Positions 31,623 through 41,069 of a stretch of 57,666 bases of DNA are shown piece by piece. Both the position numbers and the translations under genes were made by a program. The stretch comes from Candidatus Zixiibacteriota bacterium (lineage in GTDB: Bacteria; Zixibacteria; MSB-5A5; UBA10806; 4484-95): NCBI GenBank assembly GCA_029932605.1, contig JAOZPT010000005.1, positions 1-57,666 of the forward strand, written 5' to 3'. Numbering within the stretch: the stretch's first letter is position 1; each line of letters starts with the position of its first letter. The notes under the pieces are model-generated. The model worked only from the letters and a program-made list of their open reading frames with translations, searched no databases and was not told the origin of the DNA.

Positions 31623-32828
31623 GTGGAGATATTAAAGGGCAAAAAGATCCTTTTGGGCGTTTCGGGTGGTATTGCTGCTTTTAAAGCCTGTGAGCTATTG
31701 CGGCTTTTAGTGAAATCAGAAGCGCTGGTGCGTGTGGTGATGACACGATCAGCGACTAAGTTTGTAACCCCGCTGACCTTTTCATCGTTGGGAGCAGAGT
31801 TGGTTACTGCTGATATGTGGGATGTGGGACGGGATTCTCTGGATCATGTGAAATGGGCTGAATGGGCTGATATGTTTGTGGTGGCGCCCGCAACTGCCAA
31901 CATCATCGCCAAGATGGCCACGGGCATTGCCGACGAGGTTTTATCCACCCAGCTTCTGGCGTTCTCTGGCCCGATTCTCCTTGCGCCGGCTATGAATGTC
32001 AATATGTGGAACAATTATGCTACCCAGAGGAATATCGCCGAACTTAACAGAAATGGCGTTCATTTCGTTGGGCCAACAAGGGGACATCTGGCAAATCTGA
32101 CCATAGCCGAGGGGCGTATGAACGAACCGCAAAATATCCTCGGGAGGATTTGTGGGATTCTGGCAAACCGGTCTGACCTAACCGGTGTTAGAATTCTGGT
32201 GACCGCTGGACCCACAATTGAGCCGTTGGACCCGGTAAGGTTTATCTCGAACCGCTCATCGGGGAAAATGGGGTATGCTATTGCTCGGGCGGCCAGGGAG
32301 AGGGGAGCGGATGTAACATTAATCTCCGGACCGGTTTCTATTAGTACGCCACCGGAGGTTAAACTTATCGAAATCGAGACTGCTTTTCAGATGAAGAAGG
32401 CTGTTAGTGATAGTTTTAAATCGGTTGATGCTGTTATCATGGCGGCTGCCGTTGCAGATTTTAAACCAAAGACTTACGTGCGACAGAAAATTAAAAAGGG
32501 TGAAAAGGGGTTGTCGTTGGCTTTGGTTAAAAATCCTGATATACTGGAAGAGCTTGCCTCTAAAAAAGGTAAGAAGATCATGGTTGGTTTTGCCTTGGAG
32601 ACCGAGAACCTTGAGACTTTTGCGAGGAAGAAGATGCGGGAAAAGAAACTTGATATGATAATAGCTAACGACCCCACGCGGAAAGGTGCCGAGTTCGGCT
32701 CGGATTTCAACAAGGTTATTATTTTCCGAAAAAGCAAAAAAGCCCTTGACCTTCCTCTGATGCCCAAGAATGAGCTTGCCCACAAGATACTTGATGAGTT
32801 GGTGTTGTTATTAAAAAGGAGAAGGTGA
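31623..32828 (+). CDS. coaBC: Bifunctional phosphopantothenoylcysteine decarboxylase/ligase
   Basis: GGIAAFK, APATANIIAK, APAMN, TAGPTIEPLDPVRFISNRSSGKMG, AAAVADF, GFALET. Confidence 0.96.
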   Translation: MEILKGKKILLGVSGGIAAFKACELLRLLVKSEALVRVVMTRSATKFVTPLTFSSLGAELVTADMWDVGRDSLDHVKWAEWADMFVVAPATANIIAKMATGIADEVLSTQLLAFSGPILLAPAMNVNMWNNYATQRNIAELNRNGVHFVGPTRGHLANLTIAEGRMNEPQNILGRICGILANRSDLTGVRILVTAGPTIEPLDPVRFISNRSSGKMGYAIARAARERGADVTLISGPVSISTPPEVKLIEIETAFQMKKAVSDSFKSVDAVIMAAAVADFKPKTYVRQKIKKGEKGLSLALVKNPDILEELASKKGKKIMVGFALETENLETFARKKMREKKLDMIIANDPTRKGAEFGSDFNKVIIFRKSKKALDLPLMPKNELAHKILDELVLLLKRRR

Positions 32829-33559
32829 TGATGGAAAATACTGGACGAGATATTGAGAATGACGATTTATTCCGTCGTTATCTTCAACAAAGAAACGAGA
32901 TGGGCGAGAAAGTCCTGTATCGACCGTTTGACGGCCAGGGCAGGACTGTTAATGAATCTATGGCTATGAAATCCTCTTTGGAATTGGATGAATTCGATAA
33001 ATCGGAAGACCTTGACCAGCTTTACCGGATTATCAAGGACTGCCAAAGATGTCCCCTTGGGGCATCAAGGACAAACCTGGTGTTTGGAGAGGGTAACCCT
33101 GATGCGGATATAATGTTTGTAGGCGAGGCCCCGGGTCACGATGAGGATATACAGGGTAAGCCATTTGTGGGGCGTGCCGGAAAACTTTTAAACCGTGTTC
33201 TTGCCGCCATGAAACTTAAACGAGAGGATGTCTATATCGCAAATATCTTGAAATGTCGTCCCCCGAATAATCGCGACCCTTTGCCGGATGAGGCCTTGAC
33301 CTGTGAGCCTTATCTTCATCATCAGATAAAGCTTATAAAGCCTAAGATAATCTGTTGCTTGGGAAGGATTGCTGCCCAGCGCCTTTTACAGACTAAAATG
33401 TCATTGGGGCAGATGCGGGAGAGGTGGTTTGACTATCGTGGCACATTATTGATGGTAACATATCACACTGCTGCCTTGCTACGCTCTCCCCAGTATAAAA
33501 GGCCTTTCTGGGATGATATGCAGAAAATTCTGAAAAAATTAAAGGAGCTGAAGAAATAG
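32825..33559 (+). CDS. Uracil-DNA glycosylase family 4 (4Fe-4S)
   Basis: CQRCPL, GEAPG, PFVGRAG, KCRPPNNRDP, TYHTAALLR. Confidence 0.93.
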   Translation: MMMENTGRDIENDDLFRRYLQQRNEMGEKVLYRPFDGQGRTVNESMAMKSSLELDEFDKSEDLDQLYRIIKDCQRCPLGASRTNLVFGEGNPDADIMFVGEAPGHDEDIQGKPFVGRAGKLLNRVLAAMKLKREDVYIANILKCRPPNNRDPLPDEALTCEPYLHHQIKLIKPKIICCLGRIAAQRLLQTKMSLGQMRERWFDYRGTLLMVTYHTAALLRSPQYKRPFWDDMQKILKKLKELKK

Positions 33560-34924
33560 ATGGCTGAAGCTGTTGGGAAAATACCGCCGCAATCTATCGA
33601 GGCTGAACAAGCAGTGCTGGGAGCAATGCTTTTATCGAAGGATGCTGTGGATATCGGAATTGAGTTGTTGAATGCTAATTATTTTTACAAACCTTCCCAC
33701 AGGAAAATCTTTAAAGCTATTGTTGATTTATATGATAAAAATGAACCAGCTGATTTGATTACTGTTTCCAATGAGCTTGCCAACAGGGGGCAATTGGACG
33801 AAATTGGTGGAAGAGCATATCTTGCCGGACTAACTGATGCTACTCCTGGAATTTCTAATATTGAGCATCACGCTAGAATAATTTTAGAAAAAGCGGTGCT
33901 TAATCAATTGATTGAAACTGCTGCCTCTATTTTATCTGAAGCTTATGAACCCAATAAAGTAATTGACGAGTTTTTAGATGCTGCCGAGCAGAAGATATTT
34001 GCTATAAAAGAGGGGAAGCTTAAAGTTTCTTTTTCATCTTTAAGTGAGATACTTCCAGAGACCTTCCATAATATTGAACAATATGCTCAACGTGAGGGTT
34101 ATGTAACCGGTCAACCAAGCGGTTTTTCAGAACTTGATAACTTAACCTCAGGTTTTCAAAAATCCGATTTGATTGTTGTTGCAAGTCGTCCTACCGTTGG
34201 CAAGACGGCCTTCAGTTTGAATATCGCTGAGTATCTGGCAGTTGAGAAGAAAGTGCCGGTGATGATTTTCTCATTGGAGATGTCCAAGGAGCAGGTAGCT
34301 CAGAGAATGCTTTGTAGTCGGGCTCGGGTTTCCTCGCATTTGATGAGGACAGGGCGACTGGCTGATGACCAGTGGACCAACTTATCGATTGCTGTGGGCC
34401 CGTTGTCAGAGGCACCTATTTTCATCGATGATACACCGACAATGACGGTACTCGAAATGAGGGCCAAGGCCAGACGTTTGAAATCAAGGGAGAATATCGA
34501 GCTTGTAATTGTCGATTATCTGCAACTGATACAGGGACCCAGAAATGTCGAGAACCGTCAGCAGGAAATATCATTCATCTCTCGTTCCTTAAAAGCCTTA
34601 GCTCGTGAGTTGAAAGTACCAGTTATAGCCCTATCGCAGCTTTCAAGGCAGGTTGAGTTACGTGGAAAGGATGCAAGGCCGCAATTGTCGGATTTGAGAG
34701 AATCAGGGGCAATTGAGCAGGATGCCGATGTCGTTATTTTTATTCATCGAAACCGTGATTCTGAGGGACATCTCGGTGCTGAGGCTGATATTATTATTGG
34801 CAAACAACGTAACGGTCCAACCGGAATTGTCCACCTTGCATTTGTCAAAGACTATGCTCGTTTTGAGTTGTTAGATATCTACCATGGTTATCCGGAGTCA
34901 GAGTCGGAAACACCCGTATTTTGA
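33560..34924 (+). CDS. dnaB: Replicative DNA helicase
   Basis: PPQSIEAEQAVLG, RPTVGKT, FSLEMS, VDYLQL, SQLSR, DLRESGAIEQDAD, KQRNGPTG. Confidence 0.98.
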   Translation: MAEAVGKIPPQSIEAEQAVLGAMLLSKDAVDIGIELLNANYFYKPSHRKIFKAIVDLYDKNEPADLITVSNELANRGQLDEIGGRAYLAGLTDATPGISNIEHHARIILEKAVLNQLIETAASILSEAYEPNKVIDEFLDAAEQKIFAIKEGKLKVSFSSLSEILPETFHNIEQYAQREGYVTGQPSGFSELDNLTSGFQKSDLIVVASRPTVGKTAFSLNIAEYLAVEKKVPVMIFSLEMSKEQVAQRMLCSRARVSSHLMRTGRLADDQWTNLSIAVGPLSEAPIFIDDTPTMTVLEMRAKARRLKSRENIELVIVDYLQLIQGPRNVENRQQEISFISRSLKALARELKVPVIALSQLSRQVELRGKDARPQLSDLRESGAIEQDADVVIFIHRNRDSEGHLGAEADIIIGKQRNGPTGIVHLAFVKDYARFELLDIYHGYPESESETPVF

Positions 34925-35230
34925 TTTTTCTAATTTTCTCCGATTATATAAATAAGTTTACGGGAGAGAAAGGCTGTTCAAATATCGTCGTACTGTTAGG
35001 CTCCGTTAGGTTTGTGTTTTTTTAATTCTTTTCTGGCAAGTATTTAAGTTTCCTTAAGCCATTTGTTAAGGATATCTGTTTTACCGTTGTGCTTAAGGGA
35101 AAGATAATATCTGCTATTTCTCCTGGAGAGAGAAAAAGATTTTACATTTCAACAAGTTCTTGGTGAGTAAGCGGGCAAGGCGATGACAGGTGATGTTACT
35201 ATAGATAATTTGAGTTAAGCCGAACAATAA

Positions 35231-36337
<1,107 letters not shown>

Positions 36338-36615
36338 AGTTAGGGCTGGTGATAACAAAATAAACACTAATCCGATGTTATTCAAATGAACGTCATAAAC
36401 GATTATCAGAAAAACGTCATTTTCATTGATGTACAAATATAGAATAGAGGGTAACGGATTTCCGATTGGATGAAGAGGACACGACTATCCTGGTGCGTTG
36501 TTGAAAATGGTGATTTTTCGTCGATAATAGTATAGGTACCAGGTAAGGATATTTCCGCTATAGAATTAACTTGACACTAAAGATTAAGTAATTAATATAC
36601 AAAGATGTAAATAAT

Positions 36616-36687
36616 GGGGGTGTAGCTCAGTGGTAGAGCATCTGCCTTTTAAGCAGGTGGTCGAAGGTTCGATCCCTTCCACCCTCA
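36616..36687 (+). tRNA. tRNA-Lys (anticodon UUU), CCA not encoded
   Basis: Cloverleaf GGGGGTG/CACCCTC, anticodon loop CTTTTAA, T-loop TTCGATC; TTGACA at 36571 upstream. Confidence 0.95.
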
Positions 36688-36695
36688 TTTGCTTT

Positions 36696-36769
<74 letters not shown>

Positions 36770-36910
36770 GTTATTTAATCCTCGATAATACTCTCGACAG
36801 TCAGAGATATAATGGTTTGGGAAGTGAAAAAGGATTGTTATATCTGAAAAATCTGTTATAATTATTATTAGCAGTTAGAGGATCTTAGCTCGATTTAACA
36901 AGGTGATAAT

Positions 36911-37395
36911 ATGTATAAGATTTTTCCTTTTTTTATAATAGAGCAACGATTGTATATGTTCCCGATGATTATCCTACCATTCGGGAGGGGATTGACACTG
37001 GTTCTAATGGCGATACGGTGCTGGTTCAACCTTGGATTTATGCTGAGAACATCAATTTCAATGGGTATAATATTACATTAGGCTCTTTGTTTTTAATAAC
37101 TGGAGATACTTCGTAATCATAAGATGCTGGTAATTATTATGTAGCTGATATATCATGTTGTGTTGGCGCTGGCGAAAGTGGTGAAGAAGATATTGGAGCA
37201 CTGGGCATTGGCTGTGGTCAACCGATCCCCGCTCTTTCTGAATGGGGTTTGATTATTATAGCACTTCTGCTTTTGGCAATTGGAACTATCTCTATTATAA
37301 GAAGTCGAAGTAAGATTTTATCAGAGGAAAATAACCGAAATAAAAAAGGACTGTCATCAGACAGCCCTTCATCAACCTATATGTTACCCTCTTAA
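36911..37395 (+). pseudogene. Internally deleted pseudogene of a secreted beta-helix protein with IPTL-CTERM tail
   Basis: SD AGGTGA plus ATG at 36911, out of frame with ATIVYVPDDYPTIREGIDTGSNGDTVLVQPWIYAENINFNGYNITLGSLFLITGDTS* (36943-37116); after two stops the same frame reads ...DIGALGIGCGQPIPALSEWGLIIIALLLLAIGTISIIRSRSK. Confidence 0.8.
37342..37370 (-). terminator. Rho-independent terminator
   Basis: Minus strand GGGCTGTC-TGAT-GACAGTCC-TTTTTT downstream of the 37466-37870 gene. Confidence 0.7.
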
Positions 37396-37465
37396 ATATT
37401 ATCCCCCGGCGATAGCCTTCTATGGCTGGTTCAGAGGTTTTTAGTCCTCAGACTGTAATTTTTTG

Positions 37466-37870
37466 CTAAGTTGCAGTAGCTTTTAGAGTAACTCCCGGTT
37501 TCTTGATGAGAAAGTATCCAAATCCAACCGTAAAGAATAAATAAACTATCACAACCAGCCAACCGAGAGGGTTCAACACTCCAGATAAGACATTCACTAA
37601 TGTCACGATAAATCCTATTAAGTCATAGATAAACATTGCAAGAATAATTGCTCGTCTTGCATCTGAGTCTGCTGCGTTTCTCGCAAACCAGGTAATCATG
37701 AGATTACCCCAGAGTGCTGCTCCATACTCTCTTGCTGTAAATAGCCCACCCGGACCTAACTTAGCCCCCAAAATTGATAACAGGAATCCCGGGAAAAATA
37801 AAAGTGCTACCCCAAAAATCAGGCACACTACCGCTTTGATGATCATTAGCGTTCTAAATGACATAATCAT
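37466..37870 (-). CDS. Small 4-TM hypothetical membrane protein
   Basis: Four hydrophobic helices; SD AAGGAGG. Confidence 0.75.
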   Translation of the reverse strand: MIMSFRTLMIIKAVVCLIFGVALLFFPGFLLSILGAKLGPGGLFTAREYGAALWGNLMITWFARNAADSDARRAIILAMFIYDLIGFIVTLVNVLSGVLNPLGWLVVIVYLFFTVGFGYFLIKKPGVTLKATAT

Positions 37871-38000
37871 CCTCCTTCTGAACAGCTAAAACTTTTTTAT
37901 TGAATAAAACCACGATGGTAAACGGTCGTAAAAGAGTGACTTCCATGACATAAAAAATGCCATAGAAATAATTAGCTGTCAAGTGTTCAGACAGGCAATT

Positions 38001-39002
38001 TCACTTCTGCCCGTAATACAATGACCGGACAGACCCTGTCAGGCCCGCCATCCCCTCTTTGTAATTGACCTGTGGTTTATACCCAAGCTCATATATAGCT
38101 CGTGATATATCAAAGAACTGGTCGTATTTACTCAAGCGAACGGTATAACGTGTAATGGGTGGCTTGAACTTATAACGCCTTAAACGGGCGTACAATTCAA
38201 GAAAATACGCAACAACATAAACTGGTACATAGGGGAAAGATCTGATTTTATATTCGACACCTATAATATTAATCAAGTCTGTCAAAAACCGAAAGGTAGT
38301 GACTTTGGAGCCATCGGTGATGTTATAGGCTCGTCCTGTTGATTTCTCGCTTTTTGCAGCCAACATAATGCCCTGAACGACATTGTCTATGTGGGACAGG
38401 TGCATGATATTAGTACCGCCATCGACAACCGCTAACTTGTTGGATTTTATCGCCTCGATCAATAGCGGCATGATTGCCCTGTCACCGGGGCCCCAGATGT
38501 AACCGGGTCGCACTACTGTTACCGGAAGGTTACGTTTCTGGTGATACTCGAATGCCATCCGGTCAGCGATTATTTTGGAACGAGTGTAATTGTCGACGAT
38601 TATGGTTTCGTATGGCGCTTCCTCGTCGGTGCCGCGATGGTGTCGGCCATTGCCATAGACAACCACCGATGAAATGTATACCACTTTCGAACATCCCTGC
38701 TTAAGGCTTGCCTCAAAGAAGTTTTTAGTACCGTTGATATTTACGGCGACAAACTGTTCCCAGGGACCGATATCGGTAGTCAGAGCAGCACAGTGGATAC
38801 CCAGGTCTGCATTTTTCAAGAGAGTATTGAAAACGGTTTCATCGGACAACTCTCCGTATATGACCTCGACACCGAGCTCTTTCAGCAGTGAGATATTGGA
38901 AGTTTTTCGCACAAGGGCAACGACATGGTTACCGTTGTCATGATATGCTCGAGCTAAAGCACCGCCAAGAAAACCGCTTGCTCCTGTAATTGCAACTCTC
39001 AC
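38001..39002 (-). CDS. NAD-dependent epimerase/dehydratase (3-beta-HSD-like extended SDR)
   Basis: TGASGFLG, YTRSK, RPGYIWGPGD, YNITDG. Confidence 0.88.
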   Translation of the reverse strand: MRVAITGASGFLGGALARAYHDNGNHVVALVRKTSNISLLKELGVEVIYGELSDETVFNTLLKNADLGIHCAALTTDIGPWEQFVAVNINGTKNFFEASLKQGCSKVVYISSVVVYGNGRHHRGTDEEAPYETIIVDNYTRSKIIADRMAFEYHQKRNLPVTVVRPGYIWGPGDRAIMPLLIEAIKSNKLAVVDGGTNIMHLSHIDNVVQGIMLAAKSEKSTGRAYNITDGSKVTTFRFLTDLINIIGVEYKIRSFPYVPVYVVAYFLELYARLRRYKFKPPITRYTVRLSKYDQFFDISRAIYELGYKPQVNYKEGMAGLTGSVRSLYYGQK

Positions 39003-39018
39003 TTATAGCACATCAATC

Positions 39019-39813
39019 TTATTTTAACGGTTTGTGTTGATTTGTTTCAATACTTTTCGAGGTATCAATGTTGACAAATCCTCCTATGTATATAAAGTAA
39101 AAGAGAATGAACCAGAGGAAACTCCAGGGAATATGAATGTTGATTATAACAAGGATAGTAGTTATCATTATCTGTAAACTTACCAGATACAATCCTACTT
39201 GAAAACTCCTTTTGAACGATAGGCCGGTTCGTCTGAACTTGAAAAGAACAATTGGCGTGATAATAAGAATGACGTACAGGAGGGCAACAATGAATCTATA
39301 TACAAAGATGCCCATGAAAAATGCTAAAGTTGTTATCGGGAATAAATAGGATTTTGCTCTTAGTAATTTATCTGTATCAAGAGATATGTTGTATGAGGAG
39401 GGATAGTTGAATTCCATGATTTCACCATTTCGAACCGAGAAGAATTTTCGTGGGCCAACGAAAAGCTCGGCCTCGGGATCGTTTTCAAGGTCCTCCTGGA
39501 TTGACTGTGTATCGACATAAGATCTATCTACGTGTATCACCCTGTCTTTGAATAACAATCGATGATGGGAGAGGGGTATATTAGTGATCTCGCCCGAGAC
39601 AAGTTCGACCTTTTTTATCTTTTCGGCGAAGAAATCGACAGCATCGTTATAGAAGTTAATAAACTTCATAACCCAAAATATGGCCATGATAAGGGAGGCT
39701 ACTATTATTAATTTTAATAAATAGCTCCATCCCTGTTTTATTGGACGGGTTAACAAGTCATGATAAAAACCGCCAGCAGTAATGCATCCCTTAATATCCT
39801 GGATGAAACCCAT
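39019..39813 (-). CDS. Hypothetical membrane protein (DUF1189-like)
   Basis: N-terminal TM after GWSYL, soluble loop, three C-terminal TMs. Confidence 0.6.
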   Translation of the reverse strand: MGFIQDIKGCITAGGFYHDLLTRPIKQGWSYLLKLIIVASLIMAIFWVMKFINFYNDAVDFFAEKIKKVELVSGEITNIPLSHHRLLFKDRVIHVDRSYVDTQSIQEDLENDPEAELFVGPRKFFSVRNGEIMEFNYPSSYNISLDTDKLLRAKSYLFPITTLAFFMGIFVYRFIVALLYVILIITPIVLFKFRRTGLSFKRSFQVGLYLVSLQIMITTILVIINIHIPWSFLWFILFYFIYIGGFVNIDTSKSIETNQHKPLK

Positions 39814-39863
39814 ACTTAGCCTTTTTGCTCACTTTTTCATGGGATTTTGTATCGTTTGCTGGT

Positions 39864-40124
39864 TCATTTTTTGTGACGTTTTCTTCTTTTTTTGGGGCCG
39901 TCGCTTTTCGAGGCGATGGTTGAGAGGTCAAGGTTAAAAGAAGCATTCGAGAGCTTTTTTTTGCCAGTTTCAGTAAGAATATATTGAGCTGTAGGTCCAT
40001 CACCGGTTTTTTCAAGCCAACCCTTGTGTACACAGTAATCGAGGTAAGAGGTGCCAAGGGCAAATGGATTTGTTTTCACATCAAATTCCAGAGGTAAGTT
40101 TGATGAATGGTCCTTTTTGTTCAT
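39864..40124 (-). CDS. Small basic hypothetical protein, possible partial winged helix
   Basis: KGWLEK...YILTETGKKKL wing motif; Lys/Arg-rich tail. Confidence 0.55.
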   Translation of the reverse strand: MNKKDHSSNLPLEFDVKTNPFALGTSYLDYCVHKGWLEKTGDGPTAQYILTETGKKKLSNASFNLDLSTIASKSDGPKKRRKRHKK

Positions 40125-40423
40125 GATTTTCCCCTATTTTGTTGTTACTAACAAACCGCCGATGAAACGCTCATGAATTCGTATTTATTAATTTTGTTAA
40201 AGGCGATAGTAGTATAATAGATATCAGTGAAATCAATCTTCGTCACATGAAAGACAAATTTTTTCATTATTTACTTTTTGGTTTCTTCGTAATCTCTATT
40301 TCTTTCCTGTCCAAAACCCAACACTTAACCTTGTTGGTAGTTTGTTTTTCAAGAAGGTTGAATCGGGAGTAGGTTTTGCAATTTTTCGAATATGATTTTG
40401 TTTCGTAGTTGTTCACAAGCGTT

Positions 40424-40813
40424 TTAACTTTTCCTGCCATCGTTTTTCATTATTTCCGCAAGGAAAGCATCGACACCTACTTTGCTTATCTTTTTCAAGT
40501 TTTCGCGGGGCTCTTGGTTTTTTTTATAAAATTCATGTAAACTTGAACATGGAAATTCCTCGCACTGGTAGCAAAATTCAATTCCCTTTTCACTGGCGCA
40601 TTTTCTGATCTTGCAATCTTGTGTCCAATGGCTTTTGGTGGATGACCTGCACCCCAAACAGCTAATTTCTTCCGGAGTTATCTTTTTTCCCATTTCTTCG
40701 GATAACTTCTTTGCCAGTTGGGCTTTCTTTTTCTTGTCGGATAGTGCGCCCGCGATGAAAATCGGACAATTAGCGCAATAGATGCCGCAGTAACTTATAA
40801 ACTGCCTGGCCAC
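40424..40813 (-). CDS. DUF3795 family Cys-rich protein
   Basis: YCGIYCANC, CLGCR, CKIRKC, FCYQCEEFPC; GTG at 40813 with SD AAGGAGG. Confidence 0.85.
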   Translation of the reverse strand: MARQFISYCGIYCANCPIFIAGALSDKKKKAQLAKKLSEEMGKKITPEEISCLGCRSSTKSHWTQDCKIRKCASEKGIEFCYQCEEFPCSSLHEFYKKNQEPRENLKKISKVGVDAFLAEIMKNDGRKS

Positions 40814-41069
40814 CTTTCCTCCTTGTTCATACAAAATATAATACAAAATGCTGTAAGTTGCCAAGCTATTATTATGTGGATTAATGTGCGAATTCGCTAT
40901 TTGAAATCGCTTTTAGTCATATAACATGGATAATATATTGTGTCAAAATTAATTTGTAACATTCAAAATAAAATTTCGTAGTTGGATAAGGAATGGACTG
41001 TTAAGGGTTGGCTTTATTACATTAGGTGGTGATAGGGAATTTTTTATTGGCAATATTTACTTAGATCAA

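Noticed and set aside
32825..33559. Possible UdgX (covalent uracil-binding UDG)
   Set aside because: Lacks the KRRIH loop; ordinary family 4 KCRPPNNR
40267..40416. 49-codon minus-strand ORF after the DUF3795 gene
   Set aside because: No clear SD or recognisable motif; cannot be supported
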